Assembly: GCF_009914755.1 (NCBI RefSeq)
Contig: NC_060934.1
Source of the DNA: the human T2T-CHM13v2.0 reference genome, Homo sapiens
Strand: one strand, 5' to 3'
Length of the DNA stretch: 64,000 nt
In this document: one piece after another, positions 36,495 through 50,022 of the stretch
Layout of the letters: the number at the start of each line of letters is the position of its first letter
Numbering within the stretch: the stretch's first letter is position 1
Notes under the pieces: generated by a model
What the model saw: the letters and a program-made list of their open reading frames with translations, nothing else
What the model was told of the DNA's origin: nothing
Databases searched by the model: none
Position numbers and translations under genes: made by a program

Positions 36495-39400
36495 AAAGTT
36501 GGGAAGAACTGACATGTTGGAAATATTGAGTATTTTTATTTATGAACATGAAGTATATCTCTATTTAGATCTTCTTTGATTTATTTTACAAGAGGTTTGT
36601 CATTACCCTCATATAGACCTTGCATGTATTTTCTTTGATTTATACCTAAATATTCTTTAGAGGGAAGAAGTAATGTACATGGTATGGTGTTTTAAAATTC
36701 AAATTTCAATATTTCATTGCTGGTACAAAGAAAAGCAACTAACTTCCATATATTAATCTTGTATCCTGCAAACTTCTTATGATTACTTACTAATTCTAAG
36801 AGGGTTTTTTAGTTGATTTGGAATTTTGCACATAGACAAGCATGGCATCTAAGAAAAAGTTTATTCTATTTTTCCCTCCTTATCTGTAAAACTTCCATTT
36901 CTTTTTCTTGTCTTATTGCATTAGCTAGGACTTCCAGTATAATGGTAAGTGTGGGCACCCTTGTCTAGTGCTTTGCAGGAAAAAAACTAGGTTGTTACCA
37001 TTAAGTATGATTTTAGATATAGGGTTTTTTTTTTTTTGTAGATGTTCTCTATCAAGCTTAAGAAGTTCTCTTTTATTTCTAGTGTGCTGGGTGTTTTTAT
37101 CATGAATGAACGTTGGATTTTGTCATTTTTTAAATGAATCTATTGATATGATAATGTAATTTGTTTTTCTTTAGCCCACTGATGTGGTAGACCATATTAA
37201 TTAATATTGGAATCTTGAACCAGCTTTGCATAACTGAGATAATTCACACTTGGTCATGGTGTATACTTATTTTGCTAATACTTTTTTAAAAATCATATTT
37301 GCATCTATGTTTATAAGATATATTGGCCTATAACTTTCTTTTCCTGTAATGTCTTTGATTTCAGTATTAAGGTAATGCTGGCCTTAAAGGAAGTGACATT
37401 TCTGTTTGTTTTTCTGGAGAAGATTGTAAAGAATTGATATCATCTCTTCCTTTAATATTTGGTAGAATTCACCAGTGAACCCACTTGAACCTGAAACATT
37501 TTGTTTTGGAAGAGTAATAATTAGTGATTCAATTTATTTAATAGATATGGGGTTATTCCAATTATATATTTCTCCTTGTGTGAGCTTTGGAAGATTGTGT
37601 CTTTCAAAAATTTGGTCTATTTCATTTAGAAAATCAAATTTTTGGGCATAGAATTGCTCAGAACACTATTTTATTATCCTTATAATGTCCATGGCATCAG
37701 TAGTAATGGTCCCTCTTTAATTTCTGTTATTAATTTGTGTCTGCTCTCTCTTTTTTGTTTTATTGGCATTTTGTTCATTTGTTACCTATCTAGAGGTTTT
37801 TCAATCTTATTATTTCTTCAAAGAACTAGCCTTTGGTCTCATTGATTTTCTCTATGAATTTTCTGTCATTGATTTCATTAATTTATGATCTAATTTTTTT
37901 ATTTCTCATTCACCTGACTTTGGATTTAATTTCCTCATTGTTTTCTCATTTTTCAGATTTAAGCTTAGATTACACATTTAGAGCATTCTTCTTTTCTAAA
38001 TATATAAATTCAATGCTCTAAATTTCTCTCTAAGCATTGCTTTTACTGCATCTCACAAATTTTAATTTATATTTTCATTTTCATTTAGTTCAAAATACTT
38101 CCTTTTAATTTCTCTTGAGATTTTTTCTTTTAGCCATGTGTTATTTACAATTGTATTATTTATTCTCTAATTATTTTGGGACCCTACATTTATCTTTTTA
38201 TTATTGATTTCTAGTTTATTGTGGTTTGAGAACATGCCTTGTATGATTTACTTAATTAATTTGTCAGTGTGTTTTATGACCTAGATAATATTCTATCTTG
38301 GCAAATTTCATAAAACCTTGAGAAGAAGATGTATTTTGCCATTGTCAAATGACATTTCTATAAATGCTAATTATGTCCAATTAATTGAGTACTGTTTAGG
38401 TAACTGTATCCTTACTGATTTTATGCCGGCTAGGTCTGTCAATTACTGTTAGATGAGTGTTGAAGACACCAACTATAATAGTGGATTTATCTATTTCTTC
38501 TTGTAGTTCTATCAGTTTCTGCCTCCTGTATTTTGATTGTTTTTATGCATATACACTTTTAAGATTGTTAGTTTTCTTGGAGAATTGACGCTTTTTTATT
38601 ATGAAATTTCCTTCTTTATCCCTGATAATTTCTTTTGCTCTAAAGTCTACATTGTCTGAAATTAATGTTGGCTACCTTAGCTTTCTTTTGATTTCTGCTA
38701 AAATGATATGTCTTTATACATATCATTCCTATAATCTGTCTTTATCATTACATTTAAAGCGTATCTCCTTTAGACAACATATAATTGGGCCTTGTTTTTC
38801 TCTTTAATCAACTTTTAATATCTTAGCATTTTAATTGATGTATTTATACCATTAATATACAGTGATTATTGATACAAATGATTTAAATTTACCATGTTGA
38901 TAACTGTTTTATATTAGTTGTTCACTTTTTCTACCTTTTTTCTGCTTTCTCCAGTTTTAAATTAGTATTTTTTATGGTTCTATTTTCTTTCCTTTCTTAG
39001 TCCATATAAATTATACTGGTTTTTATACCATTTTTGGAAGCTTCCCTAGAGTTTGTGCAGGTACTTTGGGTAGTGCAGGTACCTTGTAACACAGGATTTC
39101 TAATTCCTCCCTCCAGTTCCTCATTACATTTATATCATCATTTCATTTATCTGTAAGCTATAATCACTGACCACATTGTTGACGTTATTTTGTTGAACAA
39201 CTTATTATCTGTTAGCTCAATTAACAGTAAGGGAAAGAAAAGATTTTGGTTTACCTTCATTTATTCTTTCTCTAATACTCTTTTTTTCTTTATGACTGTC
39301 TAAGTTTCTGACCTATATGATTTTTCTTCCCTCTGAAGAAGATATTTTTAACATGTCTTGCAATGCAGGTCTAATGGTGACAAATTCCATCAATTTTTAT

Positions 39401-39927
39401 TTGTCTGAGAAGTTGTTTATTTCTCTTTCACTTTGAAAAGGTTGCTGGATACAGAACTTTACGTTGGTAGATTCTGTCTTCCAAAACTTTAAATATTTCA
39501 CTCTATTCTCTTCTTGCTTGCATAGCTTCTGAAGAGAAGTTCAATGTAATGCTTATCCTTGTTCCTCTGTATGTAATGTGCATTTTATTCTCTAAATTCT
39601 TTCTAGATTTTCTCTTTATCTTTGATTTTCTGCAGTTTGAATATGATATGTCTGTGTGTATATATATGTATATATGCCTGTATGTGTATATATATGTATA
39701 CATATACACACGTGTGTATATGTATGTGTATATATACACACACATACGTGTGTATATGTATGTGTATATATACACACACATATGTTTCTGTATATGTATG
39801 TGTATATATATATTATATATAATCTCCCCTGTATGTGTATATGTATGTATATGTGTGTATATATATATACACATATACAGGAGAGATTATATGTAATATA
39901 TATATACACACAGGAGATATATATGTA

Positions 39928-39982
<55 letters not shown>

Positions 39983-41478
39983 TTTTTTTTTTTCTCCTGA
40001 TTGGTGTTCTCAGGGATTCCTGGATCTGTGGGCTGGTGTCTGTCTTACTTTTGGAAAATTGTTTGCGATTTTTACTTTAAATAGTTTTTCTGTTCCTTTT
40101 TTATTCTCTTTATGACATTTCAATTATGTGCACATTATGCTTTGTTTTAAATTGTCCTTCAATTCTTGGATATTCTGTTCCTTTTTTTTCTATTTCTCTT
40201 TTTCTTCAAGATCATTAATATTTTCCCCTCAGCTATATCCAGTTTACTCATTAATTCATAAAAGCCATTCATTTTTTCTCTCAAAGTGTTTTCTATTTCT
40301 AGCATTTTCTTTTGATTCTCTTACAGTTTCCTATCTCTGTTTACATTGCTCATCTATTATTGCATGATATCCACTTTTTCCATTAGATGTCTCAGGATAT
40401 TAGTCATAGTTGTTTTGTATTCCCAGTCTCATAATGTCAAAATATCTGCTATATCTGATTCTGGTTTTGATGCCTGCTTTGTTTCCACAGACTCTGTGTG
40501 TGTGCGTGTTTACCTATTAGCATGCCTTGTAATTTTTTCTTAGATGCTGGAAGTAATGCATTGGGTTAAATAAACTATAGTAAATAGGCCTATTGTGTGT
40601 GTTTTTATATTTTTCTGGGTAGGAGTTGTGTTGTATTTACTGTTTGAGTAACTGTGATATAAGAGACTAAAGTTATTCTAGTGTTTTTGTTTTTGTCTCC
40701 TTTATTATCTTTGGTCTAAGCCTTGAGTTCTTTCAGTTGTGGTGCTTTGTTACTGTACAGGAGCCCTATTAATATGGTAGTAAGTTGTGGGAAAGAGAAG
40801 CATTCTATAATCCTATGATTAACTTTGCTGTATCCCTGGGCTGTGACCTTTATAGGTGCTTATTATTTCTTTTTCTCCCCCTTTGTGAGACAGGAAGACT
40901 AGAAGTTTCTAGAAGTGGATTTTTTTTTCCCAAGGTTTGTGGGCCTCTGGTAAAATAGTTTTCCTTGAGGACAGCCTTTTGTTAAGAAGAAGATAATGCT
41001 CTAGGTATATTTTAAATTGATTACTCTTTCCCCTCTTCTTACTGAAAGCAAGAGAGGATTTTTGTTTTATCTTTACTCAAGGAACTTGGTGGGCTTGGAA
41101 GTAAAACTCATAATAGTGTGGGAGTTCCTCAAGAAATAAAACTCCTCAAAGTGTAGGAGTTCCCCAAAGATTGCTCCTCAATCCTACCTGGAATTTAACT
41201 CTTGAGCTTGTCCACAATTGCCTCCAGAAATTTATCAATCACAGTTTTGCCCCTACCAGTACCTGCTCTAGTAGCAGGCATCTTCTACATCCAGAAAGCT
41301 CTTGTTCTCAGTATGTACCTCTCTTCAGTTTTTTCAGGGCAGCAGTTTTCCCCGTGTCCTCATTTTTCTAAAGAATATAAGCAAAGTTGATGATTTTTAA
41401 TTTGTTCAGATTTTCTTCCTCTGAGAATAAGAGTGATGACTTCCAAGTTCTTTACTTATATGACTAGAAACTGGAATT
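36495..41478 (-). mobile_element. Long old L1M (MC/MD-type): ORF2, ORF1 and 5' region, nested in a + strand L1
   Basis: Continuous antisense L1 text: ttggtagaattcaccagtgaaccc, ccaactataatagtggattt, gcatagcttctgaagagaagt. Confidence 0.85.
39652..39993. repeat. Compound (TA/TG/CA)n microsatellite with internal inverted repeats
   Basis: Alternating purine-pyrimidine tract ending (TG)n(TA)n(T)n. Confidence 0.95.
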
Positions 41479-41639
41479 CATAACATTTTGATAATAAGAA
41501 ACTGTCATTAACAAGTTTAGGCCAATAAATTTTACTACCTAGATAAAGTGATGGACATGTCCCTTGAAAGATGTGAACTACCAAGGACTACTCAAGAATA
41601 AGTAGATAATATTAACTGACTTATATTCATTATATGAAG

Positions 41640-42371
41640 GACTTTACCTCCCATTCTGGAGAAGGAGTTAGTGGATTTTAAGTTGTGTGCAAGATAGTTT
41701 TATCATATTAGGTGGAATTATGACCTTGCTATTGTCTTTATTTTGATATTAGGTATTATTTAAGGGAATGCATATGGATGGCAAGATAACAAGAGGTGGA
41801 TTTTTGATGGTTAATTTTATGTGTCCACTTGACAGAGAAATGAGATGCTGGTAAAATATTATTTCTGAATGTGTCTATGAAGGTATCTCTGGAAGAGACT
41901 AACATTTGAATTAGTAGACTGAATAAAAAAATTTGCCTTCACTATGTGGGTGGACAGCTCCAATTTGCTGAGGGCATGAATAAAAAGGTGGAGGAATGGC
42001 AAATTTTCTCTGTCTGCTTAAGCAGGGACCTCTACCTCCTCCTGCTCTCAGACATTAACACTCCCAGTTCTTTGGCTTTTGGACTCAGATCAGGACTTAT
42101 ACCATCAGAGCCCTGATTCTCAGACTTCTGTGTCTGGGATAAGTTATGCCCCTGGCTTTCCTGGTTTTCCAGCTTGTAGATAGCAATATGTGGTACTTCC
42201 TCACCTCTATAACCATGTGAGCTATTTCACATAAAAAATATATACAAACATGTTTACATATACATATACATGATATATATGTATGTGTGCGTATATATTT
42301 ATATATGTATTTGTATATTATATGTGCACATATATATGTGTGTATTGTATTTCTCTGGAGAACCTAATACA
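41640..42371 (+). mobile_element. ERVL internal 3' end (~41640-41804) plus MLT2 LTR (~41805-42371)
   Basis: caagaggtgga PPT-like, then tgatggttaattttatgtgtc(c)acttgac...catttgaattagtagactg...ttctctggagaacctaataca. Confidence 0.85.
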
Positions 42372-45215
42372 CTAATGTCAAACAAAATAGACTTTAAATC
42401 ACAAAATGTTTATAAGAACACAAAGGACATTAAACAATATATTAATAAAAGATTCAATTCAGCAATAAATATTGAAAATATGAAGATTTACATAATTAAG
42501 AACAGACTAACATATTATTATATAAAGCAAAAATTGAAAGAATGCAAAAGAGAAATAGTTTTACAGTAATAGTTGGAGATTTTGATACTCAGCTTTCAAT
42601 AATGAATAGAACAGCCAGATAGAAGATAATTAAGGAAATAGAAGACTTAAAGAAAGCAATAACCCAACTAGATTTTACAGACACGTGCAAAACATCTTAC
42701 TGAAAAGCAACAGCATACACATTCTTCTCAAGTATACATGGGACATTTTCCAGGATAGACCATATGTTTTAAGCAGTCTCAATATATTTGAAAGGAAAGA
42801 TAGCATACAAATTATCTTCTCTGGTCACAGTAGAATGAAGTTAGAAATTAATAACATAAGTAAAACTGGGAAAAATTCATAAAACTGTGGAAATTATACA
42901 ACAGACTATTAAACAATGGCTAAAAAAGGAAATCATAAGGGAAATTAGAAAATACTTAAACATGAATGAAAGTATAAACATGACATATTAAAACTTATGG
43001 GATACAGTGAAAGGATTGCTAAGGGAGAAATTTATAGCTATAAGTGTTTATACATTTAAAAAAAACAAAACAACAAAAATCTTTACAACTTAAAAAATTG
43101 GAAAAAAACAAACTAAACCCAAAGCTATGTAGCATAAAGAATGAAATAATAAAGAGTAGAGCAGGGGTAAATAATATAGAAGATAGAAAAATAATACAGA
43201 AAATTAGCAAAATCAAGAGTTGGCTCTTTAAAAAGGTAAACAAAATCGACACAATTTTAGCTAAATGGACTAAGATACAAAGAGAATACTCAAGTTACTA
43301 AAATTCGTAATAAAAGTGGAAACATTACTGCTTTCTACAGAAATAAGGATTATGAGAGTACTGTGAATAACTGTACAACAACCATTTGGACAAAGTACAT
43401 GAAAGGAACAAATTCTTAGGAATACAAAGCCTACCAAGATTTAGCTATAAAAAACAGAAAATCTGAATAAATCTATAACTAGTAAAGAGATTGAGTCAAT
43501 AAAGAAAAATTCCCACTAAAGAACAGTTCTGGACCTGATGGCTTTATGGGTGAATTCTACCACAGATTTAAAGAACTAACACAAATTTTTCTCAAACTTT
43601 TCCAAAAAATTTAGCTGTGTAGGGACACTTTTTAACTTATTCTATGAGGCCAGTATTACCATGATACCAAAGCCAGACAAAGACACTGCAAGAGGAGAAA
43701 ACTACAGACCAAATATCCCTTAGGAATATTAATGCAAAACCCTGAACAATATACTAGCAAATTGAATTCAGCATCATGTTAAAATAACTCTACACCATGA
43801 CCAAATGGGATATTTATCCTTGGGTTTCAAGAATGATTTAACACATGAAAACCAGTGTACTATCACATTAACAGAATAATTTTTTAAAAAGCATAGCCTT
43901 GATTGGTGCAGAAAAGTAATTTGGCAAAATTCAACACCATTTCAGGGTAAAAAAAATACTCAACAAACTACAAATCAAAACAAACTATCTCAACATAATA
44001 ACCTTTGGTTTAAATTAAAAGCTTTTTTTCTAAAATCAATAACAAGAGAAAGATGGCCATTTTGCCACTTCTATTTCTACTCAACATAGAACTGGAAGTC
44101 CTAGCAGAGCAATTATGCAAGAAAAAGAAATAATAGGCATCTATACTGGAAAGGAAAAATAAGATTATCTCTGTTTGCAGATAGTAGGACCTTATATGTA
44201 TTTATATAAATTTAGAAAATTAGCAGGATGTACAGTTCGCATCCAAAAATCAGTTGCATTTCTGTGCACTAACAATGAACAACCAGAAAAGAAAATTACA
44301 AAAGCAATTAAATTTACAACATCCTTAAGAAAAATAAAATTTTTAGGAATTAACCAAGGAAGTAAAAGACTTATAAAAGAAAAACTACAAAACATTGCTG
44401 AAAGAAATTAAAGAAGACATATATAAATAAAAACTCATCCCATGGTAATGGATTGGAAGAATGAATAATGTTAAGATGTCTATACTACAAAAAAAATCTA
44501 TAGATTCAATGCCATACCTATCAAAATTCCAAAGATTTTTAAAATTTTGTGTTAATAGAAAAACCCATCCAAAAATTTATATGGAATTGCAGGAGACTCT
44601 AAATAGCTAAACAATCTTGAAAAAGAAAGACAAAGTTGGGGGACTCACACATCCTAATTTCAAAATTAACTACAAAGCTACAGTTATCAAAACTGTGTAT
44701 ACTAGCATCAAGACAGACATATGCATCAATGGAATCGAATAGAGAGTTCAGAAATAAACTCTCACATACATGGTTGAATGATTTTGGACAAGGGGGCCAA
44801 GATCAATAATGGGGAAAAGATAGTCTTTTCAACAAATGGTCTGGGAAACTGGATATCCATATGCAAAATAATGAAGTTGGACTCTTGCTTAACACCATAT
44901 GCAAAAAATTAAAATGAATTAAAGACTTAAATGTTAAGATCTAAAACTATAAAATTCTTAAATGAAAACACAGGGCAAAGTCTTCACAACATTGAATTTG
45001 ACAATGATTTTTCGGGTACAGCACTAAAGGCATAGGTTAAAAAAAAGAAAAAATAAACAAATTGAAGTTCATGAATTATTTTAAATTGTGCATCAAAAGA
45101 CACTATCAACAGAGTAAAAAGGCAACACAGATAATAGGAGAAAATATTTTCAAATCATGTATCTAATAAAAGAATAATATCCAGAATGCTTATAAAGAAT
45201 ATCTAAATGTCAAAA
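42372..45215 (+). mobile_element. Old L1 (L1MA/MB) ORF2 fragment, endonuclease to C-terminal region
   Basis: gtaatagttggagattttgatactc, ggacctgatggctttatgggtgaattctac, tctctgtttgcagat; many stops and frameshifts. Confidence 0.9.
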
Positions 45216-45860
45216 ACCTAATATAACGCTATAGTAATCAAGACAGTGTGGTATTGACTAAATAATAAAAATACAAATCATTGTAAGTTATGGTTCTGTT
45301 GTTGTTTTAAAAAAACGTAATCAATGGGACAGAATAGAAAATCTTGAAGTAAACTGTAAATATATTTAATCAATTATTTTTTTAAACAAATGCTAAGGCA
45401 GTTAATCAAGGAAAGGCTAGTCTTCAACAAACGATGCTAGAATAATTAAATGTTACAATTACAATTGCAAAGACTTTTGCAAAAACATTCAATAAACCAT
45501 GTTGTATAGCTTATATGATAAACAAAAATTAACTATAATTACATTATAAACCTAAATATAAAACCAAAACTGATAAATCCTTCAGAAGGAAACATGGTAT
45601 AATGTCTCTGTGACCTTGGTTTATGCAGATATGACTTAGATGAGACAAAAAGGGCAAGAATCATGAGAGAAAACAACTTGGTAAGTTTGACTTCATCAAA
45701 ATTAAAACTGTTCTTTGAAAACCAGTATCGAAAAATTGAAAATACAACCCCAAAACTTGGAGAATATATCTTAAAACGCATATCCAATAAACATCGTTAT
45801 CCAGAGCATATTAAAAACACTCACAGCTCAATAATTTTAAAAAGCACAATTTAATATGAG
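45216..45860 (+). mobile_element. Older L1M ORF2 3' fragment (host element)
   Basis: gctatagtaatcaagacagtgtggtattg repeats an ORF2 segment already seen near 44680, so it is a separate copy. Confidence 0.65.
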
Positions 45861-45872
45861 TAAAACATAGTT

Positions 45873-45919
45873 TTTAAAAAATATTTTATTATTATTATAC
45901 TTTAAGTTTTAGGGTACAT
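45873..45919 (-). mobile_element. Extremely 5'-truncated young L1PA 3' end
   Basis: ttattattatactttaagttttagggtacat matches the antisense 3' terminus of young L1PA/L1HS elements. Confidence 0.85.
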
Positions 45920-45991
45920 CGGAAGCACTAGTCTATGACCATGGTTCTCTGTGGTTAACTATGTTTACTCATAGAGAACCATGGTCATAGA

Positions 45992-46135
45992 CTAGTGCTT
46001 CTGAGTCTTAAATGCACGTTGAATCACTAGAAGTACTGTTAAAATATGCACTCTGATTCAGTCTTGGGAGAGAGCCTAGAATTCTGTTTTCCAACAAACT
46101 CCACTGTTATTGGTTCATGAACCACACATTGTGTG
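45992..46135. mobile_element. MER5-like hAT-Charlie MITE
   Basis: ctagtgcttct...gaatcact...gttaaaatatgca...ctgattcag...aacaaactcc...gaaccacac. Confidence 0.65.
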
Positions 46136-46278
46136 TAAGCCCTTTGACATTATGCAGTTTCTAACTAAGTTTCTCATAGATGGAAAATAAAACTCACAGA
46201 ATAAGCAACAGCTACTGAGTGAGAAAGCAAGCACTAACGCCTTGAGCTTCTGATTCCTGGTGAGATGTGTTTGGCTGA

Positions 46279-46987
46279 TGTAAGGATAAGTACAAGTTAA
46301 AAATGAGAAGTTTAATTCTACTTTCTTCTGGAAAATAAGGGAAGAGCCTTCACCCCACTCACTTTTCTTAGAGCATTTACTTTAGAAGACTTGTAATTGT
46401 AAGCTCTTTGTCTCTTTGAAATGCATGAAATCTTTCTATAGACTAAATAAGCCTCTCACCAGCTTTAGCATCCAGGAATATCTTTCCCAAGAATCTGGGA
46501 ACCACATCTTTCAAATGTAATCATCAAAGAAAATAGTGTCTCTACCTCCTAGTTTGTGGGAGGGCAGTAGCCTAATTTCAGGGGGCCAGGTGTCCTTCTC
46601 TAAAAGTACTTCCTGTCATAATGATATGAGAATTTTATTTCTCCTTTAGATAAAGCCAATTAGCTAACACAGATGGCCACCCCAATTACCAAGCGAATCT
46701 AGAATAAACTATGTGTGACAAATGGTGCTGTCAAGTCCTCTTCCTTGAGGATTAGTGATTGTTTATCTTGAACACGTATGTAATGTGTTGTGTCTGCTTA
46801 GTTGTATAAAAGTGAGATTTATTTCTGTGTTTGCAATCTCTTTAGTGGATTGCCTGTGATGTACACCAGATTTTGCTTTAATGCTTATTCAATAATAAAA
46901 TTATTTCTTGTTCTTGTGGAAAACCATATGTGGAGAAGTTATTTTAGATTGGGAGGAGATTTTGTTTTTAATCATATTTTCCCAACA
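46279..46987 (+). mobile_element. ERV1 (MER4-group, MER39-like) solo LTR
   Basis: TG...CA termini with exact 4-bp TSD CTGA (46275-46278, 46988-46991); tataaaa and aataaa; cttagagcatttactttagaa motif. Subfamily uncertain. Confidence 0.8.
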
Positions 46988-47724
46988 CTGACTATATCCA
47001 CATAGTTTGTTAATGAGATGAACAGTTATTTAGTAGTTGTGGATATCTCCCCTTGAAAGAGAAGACTACATGCTTACAAAGAAAAGACATGAATGAAAAA
47101 CAGAGAAAAAAGTCAGAAAATGCTCCTAGTCACCTCTACTAAATAAATAGATACCTGAATGCACAAGATATGAACAAGCAGACAAATAAACAAATACATA
47201 CATACATGCAAGACGAAATCAGTATAGGCAGAGAAAAAATAGCCCCCTTACTTTGTAAGAGCACTCAGTCAACAGAACAGCTCTCTGAAGTAGGTGTATT
47301 TTTCTAAGAATAATCTTATTTTTTATTCCCCGTAGTGGGTGGGGTGGGGGGTGGGGGTGGGCAGAGTGGTGAGGGAGAATGACTCACTGAGTTTGTGACA
47401 TTCACCTGATGCTTCCTGAAGCCAAGGCCGAATATACTGCAAAAATAAATGCACACTGATTTCAAAGACTCTCCATTTGGGAAAGCAGGTGTTTTTGCTT
47501 TAAAAAGGATCTTTAAGGGCATTTGATTTTTTTTTCTTCATAGTGCTACCTTAGAAACAGTCCAGAGGGTCTTATTAGTGCAGTTTATCATTGGACAGTG
47601 TGGGCTTTGGTTATTGTATATTGAAATAGGGATTAGATTGTGTTCTGAGAGAGAATTCCAATACGAAGCTAATAAAGTTCATGTGGCTATTTTCTATACA
47701 ACATCCTTTTAGGAACCCCCTTGA

Positions 47725-48181
<457 letters not shown>

Positions 48182-48529
48182 TAAAAATTTTCCAGGACAC
48201 AAATTTTAGATTACTTCTCTAAAAAGTTAACTCACTAAGACGGATCTTATCAGTCCTATCTCAGATTTCGACCAACTCCAAATTAAAAGAGAAAAGATCT
48301 ATAACAAAGCTGGAAATTTGCAGAAATATAATAAAGTTAACACATAAATCAACAGCTTATTAAAGAAAGAAAACCAAATTACCAGAAACATTTCAAACAT
48401 AAGTAGATTAATTAGGAGACTTATCTAAGATTAAAGAGCACCCATGCAGTAGACACTCTAACACCGAATAACTACATTCTGATAACTGTGGTACGCCATT
48501 GACTGGGGTGAAGTTCAGGCTGCTGCTGC

Positions 48530-48825
48530 TTTTTTTTATTTATTTATTTATATATTTTTTGAGATAGTCTCCCTCTGTTGCCCACGCTGGAGTGTTGGCT
48601 CACTGCAACCTCCATGTCCCGGGTTCAAGTGATTCTTCTGCCTCAGCCTCCCGAGTAACTGGGACTGCAGGTGCATGCCACCATGCCCAGCTAATTTTTG
48701 TATTTTTAGTAAAGTTGAGTTTCACCATGATGGCCAGGCTGAGCTCAAACTCCTGACCTCAAATGATAATCCTGCCTCAGCCTCCCAAAGTGCTGGGATT
48801 ACAGGTGTGAGCTACCTTCTTGGGC
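48530..48825 (-). mobile_element. AluS with a small internal deletion
   Basis: T-rich tail, gctggagtg|ttggctcactgcaacc, both arms. Confidence 0.9.
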
Positions 48826-48971
48826 TGCCCACAGGTTCCCCCAGAACCTAGCCTAATATTTCTGTCTAGCCTTATCTCCACTTAGCATACAGCACCATGT
48901 CACTGCACTTTCTTCCCATCATTTATTCATTGCACAATCACCTCCCCAGCTTATGAAAGAAACAACGAGAT

Positions 48972-49132
48972 CCGTGCATCTCAAACTTTAAAGCAAATGA
49001 ATCTGTGGATTTGTTAAAATACAGATTTGGATTCAATAATCCTTAGACTAACACCCAATATTCTAAATTTCTACCTTCCAGTTGATGCCAATGTTGATGT
49101 CTGGTCTGCAGACAACATTTTCGGCAGTAAGT
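48972..49132. mobile_element. MER5A-like MITE
   Basis: tctcaaacttta...ttgttaaaatacagatt...ttccagttgatgccaatgttg...cagacaacatttt. Confidence 0.7.
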
Positions 49133-49554
49133 TCTATAACTTGATATTTCTTCTTAATTTCAGCTTATTTCATTTATTTGTTGCATATTTCATGATAATA
49201 TAACTAACATTGAGGAAAGTTTTCCCATAACCAAGGCCATTGGAAATGGTGTCTGGATCTCAGTTGGACTTTCTATTCTACATGTTTGAGTTGCGTTTAT
49301 ATTCTTTTCTCACCTTGCTTTTGTGTCATGGGAGTATAAACACTTTATGTTCTGCCTCTCTTCATCTGGTCCATTGCTTCACATATCTACCCTGAAATCA
49401 GTGATTTCAAATGTTCATTTTTTAAACAGATATATCACATATTTTTACCCTTTTCAATATAAAAGATTTATTGTTCAATAAGTCCTACTTAGCATTCCTA
49501 TAAAAATATTTGAGTTTTCCTTTGTCTTTGTTCTCTGAGAAGTTCTACCAATTA

Positions 49555-50022
49555 TTATGCAGGATATCTTCCATTTGTCCCTCTAGATCCACTTTCTTAC
49601 CATTTTCATCCTGCTCTGTGTCCTGAGTTTACCTACCTGGACAGTATCAACATGGTACTGTCCTTACCCTCGAACTTGAATCAAGAGAAAAAGAAGAGTG
49701 AGAAATTAAGGGGTGTGGCTGGAGGAAATTGAGTTCCAGGTATCTATTATCCAGCTCCTTCTCTGACAGATTGTTGTGAAGCAATCCTCAACCTCTCATT
49801 AAGCAGCAAGGGTTCAGGTCTTTGCTTCTTTCCCTTGCTTTTGCAGGTATAAAGGTATTTATGCCTACCTAGCTGATACTAGCCCAGGACTACTGCACTG
49901 TTCCTTGTGAGCTTCCTTAAACACTGCTCATGCCTTTATACATTATTCTTTTGCTAAGCTTTTCTTAAATTACCCCCGTTTGAAATTGTAATCAGTTTCA
50001 TGCTGAAATTGTGAATATTATA
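49555..50022 (+). mobile_element. LTR33-like ERVL LTR
   Basis: ttccatttgtccctctagatccact...ctagcccaggactactgcactgttccttgtg...aaattacccccgtttga. Confidence 0.7.

Noticed and set aside
39503-40115. Cluster of overlapping Y/I/C/V/H/T-rich ORFs
   Set aside because: Translation artefacts of the TA/TG microsatellite.
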